From an uncultured archaeon (GTDB lineage Archaea > Altiarchaeota > Altiarchaeia > JAFGQM01), in NCBI GenBank assembly GCA_964592405.1, contig CAZQBY010000002.1, positions 15,317 to 57,409 on the forward strand: a DNA stretch of 42,093 bases, given 5' to 3'. Below are positions 27,589 through 37,184 of this stretch, piece after piece (position 1 is the stretch's first letter; each line of letters begins with the position of its first letter). The notes below the pieces were generated by a model. That model did not search any database. It was not told the DNA's origin and was given only the letters and a program-made list of their open reading frames with translations. A program made the position numbers and the translations under genes.

Positions 27589-28616
27589 AGCAACTCTCCT
27601 ATACGGCTGATGAACTCTCCAGCCAGCTTTACTGCATTATCTATATCTTCATAATTTGCTATTCCACTGGGAGAGTGTATGTAACGAGTGGGGATGGATA
27701 TACCGCCAGTTTGGACACCCTCATTGCTCATATAGATTATGGCTCCATCAGTCATTCCCCCTTTTGTGGCCTCCAGCTGATAGGGTATCTTGGCATCACG
27801 CGCACAGCGTATGAGGTGTCTCTTGACCTGCGGCGATGGAACCAGCCCGCGACCGCTGGACTCCACAACCGTTATTGCCGGCCCCTTGCCAAGTTCAAGG
27901 GAGGTTTCACTCTTATTGATGTCGGGAGTGTCGCCAGCTATGCCGGTATCCAGAACAAGTGCAAAATCTGGTTTTATGGCAAAGGCTGATGTGCGCGCAC
28001 CCTTGAGTCCAAGCTCTTCCTGGACAGTGGCCACTCCATAGACGGTTCCCCTGAAATCATCCAATCGTTTTATAGTCTCGATGAGGGCTGCACAACCCGT
28101 GCGGTTATCCAGGGCCTTGCCAATAAAGTTCTTGCCAAGGTCTATGAATCTGGAATCAAAGATTATAGGGTCTCCTATCTGGACCCTTTTGTTAACCTCA
28201 TCCTTGTCCAGACCCGTATCTACATACATGTCATCCAGCTTGAGTTTTTTCTTCTTGTCCTCCTCCTCCCTCTTGAGATGAGGAGGTTTGAAGCCTATAA
28301 TCCCGGGCAGTTCACCACTCTCGGTGAGGATTGTAACGCTGGTCGCCGGCAGGGTCTCATCATCTATACCACCCATCGGGATAAACCGTATAAACCCGTT
28401 TTCATCTATGTATTTGACAAGCAGGCCTATCTCATCCATGTGGGCAGCTATCATGATTCTGGGCTTGCCGCTACCCTTTTTGCAGATGACATTGCCAAAT
28501 CTGTCCACCTCCGTCTCCCCATATCTGGAGAGGTGCTTTTTCATCAGAGCACGTATCTCTTCCTCATATCCACTGATGCCTTTTGCACTAGTAAGCTCCT
28601 CCAAAAGTTTCTTCAT
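27585..28616 (-). CDS. M42 family aminopeptidase (TET type)
   Basis: GISGYE, AAHMDEIG, KALDNRTG, VQEELGLKGA, PTRYIHS. Confidence 0.94.
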   Translation of the reverse strand: MKKLLEELTSAKGISGYEEEIRALMKKHLSRYGETEVDRFGNVICKKGSGKPRIMIAAHMDEIGLLVKYIDENGFIRFIPMGGIDDETLPATSVTILTESGELPGIIGFKPPHLKREEEDKKKKLKLDDMYVDTGLDKDEVNKRVQIGDPIIFDSRFIDLGKNFIGKALDNRTGCAALIETIKRLDDFRGTVYGVATVQEELGLKGARTSAFAIKPDFALVLDTGIAGDTPDINKSETSLELGKGPAITVVESSGRGLVPSPQVKRHLIRCARDAKIPYQLEATKGGMTDGAIIYMSNEGVQTGGISIPTRYIHSPSGIANYEDIDNAVKLAGEFISRIGELL

Positions 28617-28700
28617 CGTAATTTGTTATCTTTTAATGGGTATTTTTGATAGTTTAAGATGAAAAATAAGACTTTATTCAAAGGTGAGGCCTAAACTACC

Positions 28701-29609
28701 ATGATAAAAATCCAGTTCCTTGGGACATCAGGAACCGTGCCAACTGAAAGACGCGGCATGCCGGCCGTGTATCTCGAGTATCAGGGGCATCGGATGCTCT
28801 TTGACTGCGGCGAGGGGACACAGCGACAGATGAGGATAGCCGGACTACCTTTTATGAAGCTGGAGCGAATCTTCATAAGCCATTTTCATGCAGACCACTG
28901 CCTTGGGCTTGGTGGCCTGATACAGACTATGGATCTGCTCAGGCGCCAAAAGAAGCTGGAGATATACGGGCCGAAGGGTACCCAAGATGTTATTGAAAAG
29001 GTGATAACCACAGGAAACTTCATCCTAGAGGGCTTTGATTTGGAGATAAATGAGATCAGATCCAGAGGAATCAAACAGATATATGCTGATAAGGATTACA
29101 TCATAAAGTGCGCACAGCTGAATCACACCGTACCCTGTCTCGGCTACAGCTTTGAGGAACGGGAAAAGCGAAGGTTTCTGAAGGAGAAGGCCCTTAAGTT
29201 GGGGGTCCCCGAAGGACCCTTGTTCAGCAGGCTACAAGCCGGTGAAAATGTGAAAATAGGCAAAAGGGTTATTAAACCGGATGATGTCTTGGCCAAACCG
29301 GTAAGGGGAAGGAAGGTTGTTTACGCTTCGGATTCCAGACCCTGTACTGCCACAGTTCAGCTGGCGAAGGGTGCTGACTTCCTGATACATGAGGCCACTT
29401 ACGCCAATGATATGCAGAAATCAGCCATAGAAGGAAAACACTCAACTGCCAAGGAGGCTGCCGAAATTGCGAAGAAGGCCGGTGTGAAAAGGCTACTCCT
29501 GACGCATATAAGTCAGAGGTATAAAAAACCGAGGGTTCTTGAAGATGAAGCGAGGAAGGTTTTCCCGAAGACGAAGTTAGCTGAGGATTTTGATATTGTG
29601 ACGGTTTAA
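28701..29609 (+). CDS. rnz: Ribonuclease Z
   Basis: FLGTSGTVPT, DCGEGTQRQ, SHFHADH, GVPEGP exosite, HEAT, HST, THISQRY. Confidence 0.96.
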   Translation: MIKIQFLGTSGTVPTERRGMPAVYLEYQGHRMLFDCGEGTQRQMRIAGLPFMKLERIFISHFHADHCLGLGGLIQTMDLLRRQKKLEIYGPKGTQDVIEKVITTGNFILEGFDLEINEIRSRGIKQIYADKDYIIKCAQLNHTVPCLGYSFEEREKRRFLKEKALKLGVPEGPLFSRLQAGENVKIGKRVIKPDDVLAKPVRGRKVVYASDSRPCTATVQLAKGADFLIHEATYANDMQKSAIEGKHSTAKEAAEIAKKAGVKRLLLTHISQRYKKPRVLEDEARKVFPKTKLAEDFDIVTV

Positions 29610-29627
29610 AGATTCAAATCAAACAAA

Positions 29628-30797
29628 ATGAAAAAAACCTTATTGCCTCTGACTTTCGTGGTCCTCTTTTCCTGCCTAGCTGCGGGGATGTTGCCCTCGT
29701 CAGCCTATGAAAAGGCGAAAAATAATGCTCGAGAGCATTTCATCGGGGTTGTCCAGTCGGTGAGGCCGATTATGATTTGGGGCTGTTCAGTAGACATGGT
29801 CGCCGACGTTGAGGTCACCGAGGTCTTCAAGACCCGTAAAGGCATTGCGCCGGGTGACAGGGTCCGTCTGCTGTATTATTCCGTGGGGCCTATGTCCTGT
29901 ACCGGGCCCACATGGCATAGCCATCTCGAGAGGGGATACCGGATCGAGGTCCACGCCAATTCCTTCGCGGAGTATCTTTCTTGGGAGTATAGTGAGGAGG
30001 AGAGGCTTGCCAGGAGGGCGGCGGACTTTGAGATAGCTGGGTCGGGGATAGACGTCCTAGAAAAAGGCGTGCTGCCTCCGGATCCCAGCTGGATTTTGTT
30101 TCTCCTGTTGGTCATCGTGGTTGTGAGTCTGATTCGAGCCAGGCGAGTGGAGAAGTCCGAGCTTTTTACAAAAGACGCCTCCGGGAGCAAGGCGACCGAG
30201 CCATTCGTCGTTTGGGTGTTGATTTTGGTGCTTACCCTTCTAACGGCTATAGTGGTCTTGTTCAATGTGAGTGCTTACACCTACTATGGCACTGCCAAAA
30301 CGTTCATGACATCATCGCTCTTCTTTGGCCTCTCGGCAGCCCTCTTCTTGGGGCTGAAGCGGGGAGATAGGAAGCTGCTCCTCTGGACGGGGTTGCTGGA
30401 GTTCGTCATACTGCTGCTGTCCCTACTCTCGTTCGACATGAGCCAGGATTATCTCTTTTATTTCTTGGTGCCCTTGTTTGTATTGATGCCGTTCTTTGTC
30501 GTAGTGTTCGGGGTGTTATGGGTCTCCCTGCCCGTAGGCCTCTTCTACGTGCAGGAGAACGCGGAAGACCGGAAGAAGCTTTGGATGTTCCTAGTCATGC
30601 TGGCCCTAGTCGTCGGGATAATCTGGACTGTCGTTGAGACCTCGGGGTTCAACAGATGGGACTGGGCGACGCAAAGATACGTCCTCGACTTGGGCAGGTT
30701 CGCGCTTGGTTGGTCGCTGATCTTCTTGGTGCCGCTAGGCATCTGGACGTATGTTGAGAGGAGATTATCGGCCCCCAGCAAGGCTAAAAAACCCTGA
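29628..30797 (+). CDS. Hypothetical membrane protein: signal peptide, extracellular beta domain, about 7 TM helices
   Basis: MKKTLLPLTFVVLFSCLAAG leader; strongly hydrophobic C-terminal half. Confidence 0.75.
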   Translation: MKKTLLPLTFVVLFSCLAAGMLPSSAYEKAKNNAREHFIGVVQSVRPIMIWGCSVDMVADVEVTEVFKTRKGIAPGDRVRLLYYSVGPMSCTGPTWHSHLERGYRIEVHANSFAEYLSWEYSEEERLARRAADFEIAGSGIDVLEKGVLPPDPSWILFLLLVIVVVSLIRARRVEKSELFTKDASGSKATEPFVVWVLILVLTLLTAIVVLFNVSAYTYYGTAKTFMTSSLFFGLSAALFLGLKRGDRKLLLWTGLLEFVILLLSLLSFDMSQDYLFYFLVPLFVLMPFFVVVFGVLWVSLPVGLFYVQENAEDRKKLWMFLVMLALVVGIIWTVVETSGFNRWDWATQRYVLDLGRFALGWSLIFLVPLGIWTYVERRLSAPSKAKKP

Positions 30798-30890
30798 CCA
30801 AAGTGGGTTGCTGGGGGTTCGGAAGCTCCGGCCAGAGGTGGGAAATGGGATTTTTAGAACTTAAACTTATGGGATATAAGGTGAACTAAT

Positions 30891-31069
30891 ATGGTTCAAG
30901 CAATAATCAACCTAAATGAGAATGCCAACAGAATCCTGAACATAGTGAAGGTCCTGCAGGGCAGGCGGAGGACCAACGTGGGAAGCTTTGTCTTGCCCTA
31001 TTCCATAGACGAGAACCGGGGGTCATCAGGCTCTTTGAGTATGAGCATCATGACAGAGTGTACAAGTAG
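30891..31069 (+). pseudogene. Collapsed type II toxin-antitoxin remnant (DUF2683-like antitoxin N-terminus fused to RelE/ParE-like toxin C-terminus)
   Basis: MVQAIINLNENANRILNIVK, then LQGRRRTNVGSFVLPYSIDE, then after a frameshift VIRLFEYEHHDRVYK-TAG. Confidence 0.7.
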
Positions 31070-31162
31070 GTATTCCACTGCCAAAGAGGCTGATTATGAT
31101 CTGGGTTGGTGATGAGCCAGAGAACATGCCAACCACTATAAAGAACGGCAAGAAACCAAGCC

Positions 31163-31678
31163 TTAGGACATCTCAATGTTGCCTACCTCATCCCACCACA
31201 TCTCAACAACCTCGGGGCCCTCGCCGCTGTCAGTTGTTATGATGCCGTGGCACATCTCCTTGCCTTCGCGCAGTTCTTTACCCATGACCTCAATCTGGGT
31301 ACTTCCTCCCAGAGAACCCAAGTCTATGCTTATTGTCTGACCCTCCGGACACCAATCACGCGCAGCCGGAGCAGGCAGGGAAGCTATCTTGTTCTCGACT
31401 GCAGCCATTTCTGTGGCTAGGGCATCAACTGACACCTGTAAGTCATAAAGCTGGTCATGCATAACCCATAAGGCGGTTACAAATGTAAGCGCAAGCAGCA
31501 GAATCGCCCCAGCAGTCAGAATATAGTAGCTCTTCCAGCGCATAAGCCCCAACTCCTCAAAAGCACGAACAATGTCCTCCTTCTGCTCTATTCTCCGCTC
31601 CTCAGATTCAATGAGTCTTTCCTCCCGTTCAATCCTCTTGAGTTCCTCTTCAATATCCGGTTTCTTCTTACGGGCCAT
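31163..31678 (-). CDS. Hypothetical single-pass membrane protein with coiled coils and a C-terminal two-Cys domain
   Basis: Charged N-terminal helix, TM segment YYILTAGAILLLALTFVTALWV, DWCPEG...EMCHG. Confidence 0.8.
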   Translation of the reverse strand: MARKKKPDIEEELKRIEREERLIESEERRIEQKEDIVRAFEELGLMRWKSYYILTAGAILLLALTFVTALWVMHDQLYDLQVSVDALATEMAAVENKIASLPAPAARDWCPEGQTISIDLGSLGGSTQIEVMGKELREGKEMCHGIITTDSGEGPEVVEMWWDEVGNIEMS

Positions 31679-31719
31679 TTTGGATGATTGATATTCTTAT
31701 TAAGGGTTCAATAAAAACG

Positions 31720-32052
31720 TTAGAGCTCTACCCACTTGCCAGAACCCTCCCAGACCCGCACAGAGACCACATTCATCCTCTTCCTGAGCCTGTCATATAT
31801 CCACTGGGCGATGTTCTCGGCAGTAGGGTTTTTCATAATCCTGTTCAGATCCTTATGATCCAGCTTGACCATAACCTCCTCATTGACTATCTTCTTTATC
31901 TCCCTGAAGTCCATGACCATGCCGTCCTTAACGGGTCCTTCCACCACAACACGAAGCTTATATGTGTGCCCATGCGGCTCCTCACAGGGACTGCCCTTAT
32001 CATCCACTATGTAGTGCGCCGCATCGAAGGTAAACTCCCGTGCTACTTTCAT
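31720..32052 (-). CDS. queD: 6-carboxy-5,6,7,8-tetrahydropterin synthase
   Basis: FDAAH, CEEPHGHTY, GMVMDF, LDHKDLN, NPTAENIA, VWE. Confidence 0.93.
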   Translation of the reverse strand: MKVAREFTFDAAHYIVDDKGSPCEEPHGHTYKLRVVVEGPVKDGMVMDFREIKKIVNEEVMVKLDHKDLNRIMKNPTAENIAQWIYDRLRKRMNVVSVRVWEGSGKWVEL

Positions 32053-32081
32053 CTTATAATTATCGCATACTCTGAAAAAAA

Positions 32082-33119
32082 CTATCCCGTCACCCTCTTC
32101 AAATCCAGATTATTCTTGGCCAGTCTGCCCAGCAGCTTGACCTTGTCCTTGTCGTCTTTGGTCAGCATGGCCTCCAGCCCATCCACCATCTTGGCGGTCT
32201 TGTAAGTGTCGTAGGGCACCAGAAGTATGGGGACGCCCTTTTCCTCCGCTTTAGAGATTATCTGGGGCGGCGGCAGGATGTTGTTGGTCAGGAGCAGGGC
32301 CTCGGTGTCGCTCTCTAGAGCGGCCAGTATCATGTCGTGGCGGTCCCCAGGGGTTATCATGAGCTTCTCCTCCCTCTCAGAGAGTATCTTCTGCAGCGGC
32401 CTGTCCACCGACATAGCTCCTATCAGTATGTTCCTCACTACCCTGCCCAGGCTCTCCTCGCCCGTTACCACCTTGGCCAACAGCATGTCGGCCAAGTAGC
32501 TGACAGAGAGGTGGGTCAGCTCCTCTTTATGAGGGACCACGCCCACGACATCCACCCCCAGCTTTTCTATCTCGGGCAGATGAGTCTCTTCGAACTCATC
32601 GGTCTTGTTCACCTTGTTTATTATGACGCCGCCGAAGTCGAAGTCCTTCCTGTCCAGATACTTCTTCAGGAACGCGACGTCATCCACTATGCTGTCGTGG
32701 TCGCCACTCACGACGACGAACAGCCGCGCGCCAGTGTGCTTGGCCACCGAGAGGGAGCCAAGATGGATGTAGGTGCCATGCATCAAATCCTTTCCGCCTT
32801 CTATGAAAAGTATGTCCTTCCCCTTGCCAACGACCTCAACGGACTCCAGCAGCTTCTCCTTGATCCCCTGGTCACTGTACATGTAGCTCAGCTTGGAGTG
32901 GTCAAAACCAAAGCACATGTCCTCGGGGTTCTCTTCCAGCCCGTAGAGGTTCGTCATCAGGGCCGTGTCGTAGTCCCACAGCCTCTTCTTTTTGTACATG
33001 AGGCGGTCCCCAAAGGGCTTCATGTACCCCAACTTCTTCTTCAGCGCCTCCGCCATGCCCACTATCAGGCTGGTCTTACCGGCGCCCCTGCGCATAGATG
33101 CGACGACTATTTTATCCAT
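32082..33119 (-). CDS. BioD-like P-loop plus DRTGG domain protein (stand-alone Pta N-terminal homologue)
   Basis: GAGKTS, GYMKPFG, IEGG, GVIINKV, IGAM, ITPGDRHD, LLLTNN. Confidence 0.88.
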   Translation of the reverse strand: MDKIVVASMRRGAGKTSLIVGMAEALKKKLGYMKPFGDRLMYKKKRLWDYDTALMTNLYGLEENPEDMCFGFDHSKLSYMYSDQGIKEKLLESVEVVGKGKDILFIEGGKDLMHGTYIHLGSLSVAKHTGARLFVVVSGDHDSIVDDVAFLKKYLDRKDFDFGGVIINKVNKTDEFEETHLPEIEKLGVDVVGVVPHKEELTHLSVSYLADMLLAKVVTGEESLGRVVRNILIGAMSVDRPLQKILSEREEKLMITPGDRHDMILAALESDTEALLLTNNILPPPQIISKAEEKGVPILLVPYDTYKTAKMVDGLEAMLTKDDKDKVKLLGRLAKNNLDLKRVTG

Positions 33120-35232
33120 TTTCTCCCTCGGTTTTTGAAAGTAAAATCCGAACGTCCACCGCTTTGACCCCCTTCTCGTAGACGGCGACCGGGTTCATCT
33201 CGATGTCGGCGATGCTCCCGCACTTGTTTATTATCTCCCCGGCCTTAATAATCGTGTCTACCAAAGCCGATATGTCCTTCTTGTCCTCACCCCTCACACC
33301 CAGCAGGATGGGATAAGAGCGTATCTGCTTTATCATGCTCATGACTTCTCTCCGGTCCAGCGGCGCGGCCCTGAAGGAGACGTCTTTCATGACCTCGACA
33401 TAGATGCCACCAAGCCCGACCATGACCACCGGTCCGAACTTGTTGTCCCGGCGGGCGCCGACTATTATCTCCGTCTTCGTGCTCACCATCTCCGCTATTT
33501 CCACACCCTCTATGTCCGCATTGGAGTAGTGGGACTTGCACCTGCGCATCATGACCTCATAGGCATCCATGACCTCCCTCTTGCTCTGTAAGTTCAGGAC
33601 CACTCCGCCCACGTCGCTTTTGTGAAGGATGTCCTTGGATACCACCTTCATCACAACAGGATAACCTATAGCCTCGGCGTGCCCGACAGCCTCACCGATA
33701 CTGCGCGCTATCCTGCTCTCTGGGACAGGTATACCGACTATGCCCATCACCTCCCTGGCCTCGTGGGCCAGCAAAAAGGATCTGCCCTGTTTGAGTGCCT
33801 TCTTTGCCACTTTTTCTATAGCTTTAGCGTCTATGCCGGCCTCCTCCGGCCTGCGCCTGTGGCCTTTCACATAGCCATGATACCGTCGCATTGCCCCCAA
33901 GCATGACACCGCGTCGTAGACACTGTCGAATATGGGGATTGACTTCCTCCTAAGCTCGCTGATTGTGCGCTCGACACTCTCGCCACCGAATATGGAGAAC
34001 ACAAGCGGCTTGCTGCTCTTTTTGAACCGCTCGTAGTTCTTCGCTATGATCTTGGTCAGGTTCTCCGCGTCGAATACCGCGGTCTCGCAGTAGAGAGCTA
34101 CGACCGCATCCACCTCTTTGATCTCCAGCGCCACCTCCAAGGCCTTGTTGTAGTTGGATGAAGTAGCCCCTCCAGTCAGATCCACCGGGTTCTTGACCGA
34201 ACCGAAGTCGGGCACCGCCCCCGAGAAGGCCTCCTTGAGCTTCGCGGGATTGTCGTAAAGCGGAATGCCAAACTTCTCCGACGCATCGGCCGCCATGACT
34301 CCTATTCCCCCGCCGTTGGTCACGACCAAAGTGTTCTTACACGGACTCATCGGCGAGTTCGCCAAGAACTTGCACCAGTCGAAGGCCTCCTTGATGCTCT
34401 CGGCCCTGAGAACGCCGCACTGGCGCATGATGTCGTCGAAGACGTTGTCCTCGCCGGCGAGCGACCCCGTATGCGAGGCGACCGCCATGGCCCCCCTCTT
34501 GGAGCGGCCAGACTTGATAACTATGACCGGCTTCTTCCTCGTGGCCCTCTTGAACGACTTTATCAGTCTGCCGCCGTCGCGGACGCCCTCGATATATGCC
34601 AGGATTACCTTCGTGTCTTTCTCTTTGGCTAGGTAGTCCAGAAGCTCCGACTCGTCTATGTCCGATTTGTTGCCGACTGAGACTATGGCCGATAGCCCGA
34701 TGTTTTCCACCGCCGTCTTGCCTATCATGGAAAGCCCCAGCGCTCCGCTTTGGGTAACTATGGCCACGTTCCCCGGCTTTATGTCGTCCGGGCCGAAGGT
34801 GGCGTTCATGGAGCTGGCGGAGGAGTAGACGCCGAATATGTTGGGGCCCAGTATGCGCATCCCCTTCTTGTTGGCATAGTCGACTATCCTCTTCTCCCCC
34901 GCGATGTTACCCACTTCGGAGAATCCGGAGGCTATGACCGGCGCGAACTTCACACCCTTGTCTGCACACTCCCTGACCGCATCGAAGACGTACTTGGCAG
35001 GTATGACTATGCAGGCCATGTCCACATCTCCCTCTATGTCAGCGACGCTCTTGCGGACTTTCAGCCCCATTATCTCGCCACCCTTGGGGTTGACGGGATA
35101 TACTCTGCCCTTGTAGCCTCCCGAGAGTATGTTGGCCAGCAGCTTGTAGCCTATTTTCTCCTTGTGGTGCGACGCTCCAACCACGGCTATCGAGCGCGGC
35201 TTGAACAGATACTTAATATCAGGCCTTTTCAT
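33112..35232 (-). CDS. Acetate/acyl--CoA ligase (ADP-forming), fused alpha-beta
   Basis: PRSIAVVGAS, YPVNP, ASGFSE, GPN, TQSG, SHTGSLAG (phospho-His), NPVDL, ATP-grasp GYPVVMK...HKSDVGGV. Confidence 0.93.
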   Translation of the reverse strand: MKRPDIKYLFKPRSIAVVGASHHKEKIGYKLLANILSGGYKGRVYPVNPKGGEIMGLKVRKSVADIEGDVDMACIVIPAKYVFDAVRECADKGVKFAPVIASGFSEVGNIAGEKRIVDYANKKGMRILGPNIFGVYSSASSMNATFGPDDIKPGNVAIVTQSGALGLSMIGKTAVENIGLSAIVSVGNKSDIDESELLDYLAKEKDTKVILAYIEGVRDGGRLIKSFKRATRKKPVIVIKSGRSKRGAMAVASHTGSLAGEDNVFDDIMRQCGVLRAESIKEAFDWCKFLANSPMSPCKNTLVVTNGGGIGVMAADASEKFGIPLYDNPAKLKEAFSGAVPDFGSVKNPVDLTGGATSSNYNKALEVALEIKEVDAVVALYCETAVFDAENLTKIIAKNYERFKKSSKPLVFSIFGGESVERTISELRRKSIPIFDSVYDAVSCLGAMRRYHGYVKGHRRRPEEAGIDAKAIEKVAKKALKQGRSFLLAHEAREVMGIVGIPVPESRIARSIGEAVGHAEAIGYPVVMKVVSKDILHKSDVGGVVLNLQSKREVMDAYEVMMRRCKSHYSNADIEGVEIAEMVSTKTEIIVGARRDNKFGPVVMVGLGGIYVEVMKDVSFRAAPLDRREVMSMIKQIRSYPILLGVRGEDKKDISALVDTIIKAGEIINKCGSIADIEMNPVAVYEKGVKAVDVRILLSKTEGENG

Positions 35233-37144
35233 CCTTGAACATCATCCTTTCATCCTTGAACATCATCCTCAACTCGTAGACTCCCTCAACGCTCCGCTTG
35301 TCGATGTCGAAGCCCGCCTTTTCAAACAGACTGAGCATTTCCCTGTTGTCCACCAGCACCTCGGCGGTGAAGCCCAGAAGCCCCTGCTTTTTGGCCAAGT
35401 AGGTCAGATAGGAGAGAAGTTCTGTACCTATGCCCCTGTCCTGGTAGTCATCTCTCACTACGAACGCGACCTCAGCGGTGTGGGTGCGCTCATCTATGCC
35501 GTACTGAGCCACCCCCACTACCTCTTCATTCCCTTCGTTGCCCATGACCGCCAAGATGACCATCTCTTTTGTGTAGTCTATGGCCACGAACTCCTGCAGC
35601 CGCTCGTGGGGCATGTCCCTGCGCGCGGATATAAAGCGCTTGTAGATGCTGTCGTCGGAGAGTGAATAAAAGAAGTCCTTGAGCAGCGGCTCATCGCTTA
35701 TCTTGACTGGGCGGAGCCTTATCTCCAACCCCTCCTTGGTGGTGCGGTGCGTCTCCAGCCGCTCGGGGTACTGGCCCCTCTTGCCGGGGACGAAAGCCTG
35801 GTCCTTGAATATCAGGCCCAGACGCTTGGCCTCTCGGATAAGCTCCGGCTGGAATTTCGGATGGGCAATCGCTATCAGGTCCATGGCCCTCTCTCTGATG
35901 TTCTTGCCGTGGAGGTAGGCAATGCCGTATTCCGTGACTACATAGTGGACGTCCCCCCTGTTGAGGGTCACGCCAGCCCCCTCGCTTATGAAAGGTACTA
36001 TGCGCGATTTTTTCCCGTTGTCAGCCGTGGACTGCAGGGCTAGGATGGTCTTGCCTCCTTTTGAAAGAACGGCGCCCCTCATGAAGTCGGCCTGCCCCCC
36101 GATGCCGCTGTAGAAGGTCCTGCCTATGGACTCGGCGGACGCCTGGCCAGTCAAATCTATTTCCAACGCGCTGTTTATGGCAGTCATGCGATCGTTTGCC
36201 GAGATTATTCGGGGGTTGTTGGTGTAGTCGGTCGGCCTGAACTCCACTGACGGGTTGTCATGTAGGTAATCGTAGGTGCTCCTCTTACCCATGCAGAAGG
36301 TGGCGATAGTCTTGCCGCGGTCGATGCTCTTCAAGCTGTTGTCCACCACCCCGCTTTTCATCAGCTCGACTATCCCGTCGGTGAGCAGCTCGGTGTGGAC
36401 TCCCAAGTGCTTTTTATCCTGGAGGTTGGCCAGGATGGCGTTGGGTATGCTGCCGTAACCCACCTGGATCGTGTCTCCCTCCTCTATTATGCGCGCGACG
36501 TGTTTGCCTATCCTCTCGGCTATGTCGCTGGAGACTCCAGACTCGTATTCCAAGAGCGGCTCTTTTTTGAAGACCATGTAGTCCACCTCATCCGCATGTA
36601 TGAACGCGTCCCCATGGGTGCGGGGCATCTCGGGGTTGACCTGGGCTATGACGAGTCGGGCCGCCTCGACCGCAGCCTTCGTTATGTCGACGCTTATGCC
36701 CAAGCTCATGAAGCCGTGCTCGTCAGGCGGCGATACCTGCACTAGGGCCACATCTATCGGCACCAAGCCCTTGCAGAACATCTCCGGGACCTCTGACAAA
36801 AAGACTGGCGTGTAGTCCGCCATGCCCTCGTTGACAGCCTCGCGTGTGTTGCTGCCGACGAAAAAGGAGTTGTGCCGGAAGTTGCGCTTGAACTTCTGCT
36901 GAGTATAAGGTGCCACTCCCAAGGTCCAGACCTGCAAGACTTCCGCGTCGAAGAAGGCCTTGGGGTTGGTCTCCACATAATCCACGAGCGACTTGACCAG
37001 ATGCTGGGGCTCGCCGCATGCGGTGCCGATGAAGATGCGGTCGCCTGGGTGGATGTTTTTGAATATTCTCTTCTCTGAGATGAACTTCTCAGGATACCTT
37101 TTCCTCAGTTTCCCAAATCCTGCGCTCGCTTCCCTCTTAGCCAT
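35219..37144 (-). CDS. Acetyl-CoA hydrolase/transferase fused to a C-terminal GNAT domain
   Basis: VSPPDEHGFMSLG, GVHTEL (catalytic Glu), EIDLTGQ, SGIGGQADF, YVVTEYG; GNAT part AEVAFVVRDDYQDRGIGT. Confidence 0.93.
   Translation of the reverse strand: MAKREASAGFGKLRKRYPEKFISEKRIFKNIHPGDRIFIGTACGEPQHLVKSLVDYVETNPKAFFDAEVLQVWTLGVAPYTQQKFKRNFRHNSFFVGSNTREAVNEGMADYTPVFLSEVPEMFCKGLVPIDVALVQVSPPDEHGFMSLGISVDITKAAVEAARLVIAQVNPEMPRTHGDAFIHADEVDYMVFKKEPLLEYESGVSSDIAERIGKHVARIIEEGDTIQVGYGSIPNAILANLQDKKHLGVHTELLTDGIVELMKSGVVDNSLKSIDRGKTIATFCMGKRSTYDYLHDNPSVEFRPTDYTNNPRIISANDRMTAINSALEIDLTGQASAESIGRTFYSGIGGQADFMRGAVLSKGGKTILALQSTADNGKKSRIVPFISEGAGVTLNRGDVHYVVTEYGIAYLHGKNIRERAMDLIAIAHPKFQPELIREAKRLGLIFKDQAFVPGKRGQYPERLETHRTTKEGLEIRLRPVKISDEPLLKDFFYSLSDDSIYKRFISARRDMPHERLQEFVAIDYTKEMVILAVMGNEGNEEVVGVAQYGIDERTHTAEVAFVVRDDYQDRGIGTELLSYLTYLAKKQGLLGFTAEVLVDNREMLSLFEKAGFDIDKRSVEGVYELRMMFKDERMMFKDEKA
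35227..35268. repeat. Exact 21-bp tandem duplication at the gene junction
   Basis: TTTCATCCTTGAACATCATCC twice, encoding RMMFKDE-RMMFKDE on the minus strand. Confidence 0.85.
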
Positions 37145-37184
37145 TCAAGACACTTCCAGGAAGAGGTATATTAAGGGAGGGAAA

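Noticed and set aside
31085-31145. Second box C/D sRNA (CTGA...GTGATGA)
   Set aside because: No upstream C box or terminal D box at suitable spacing.
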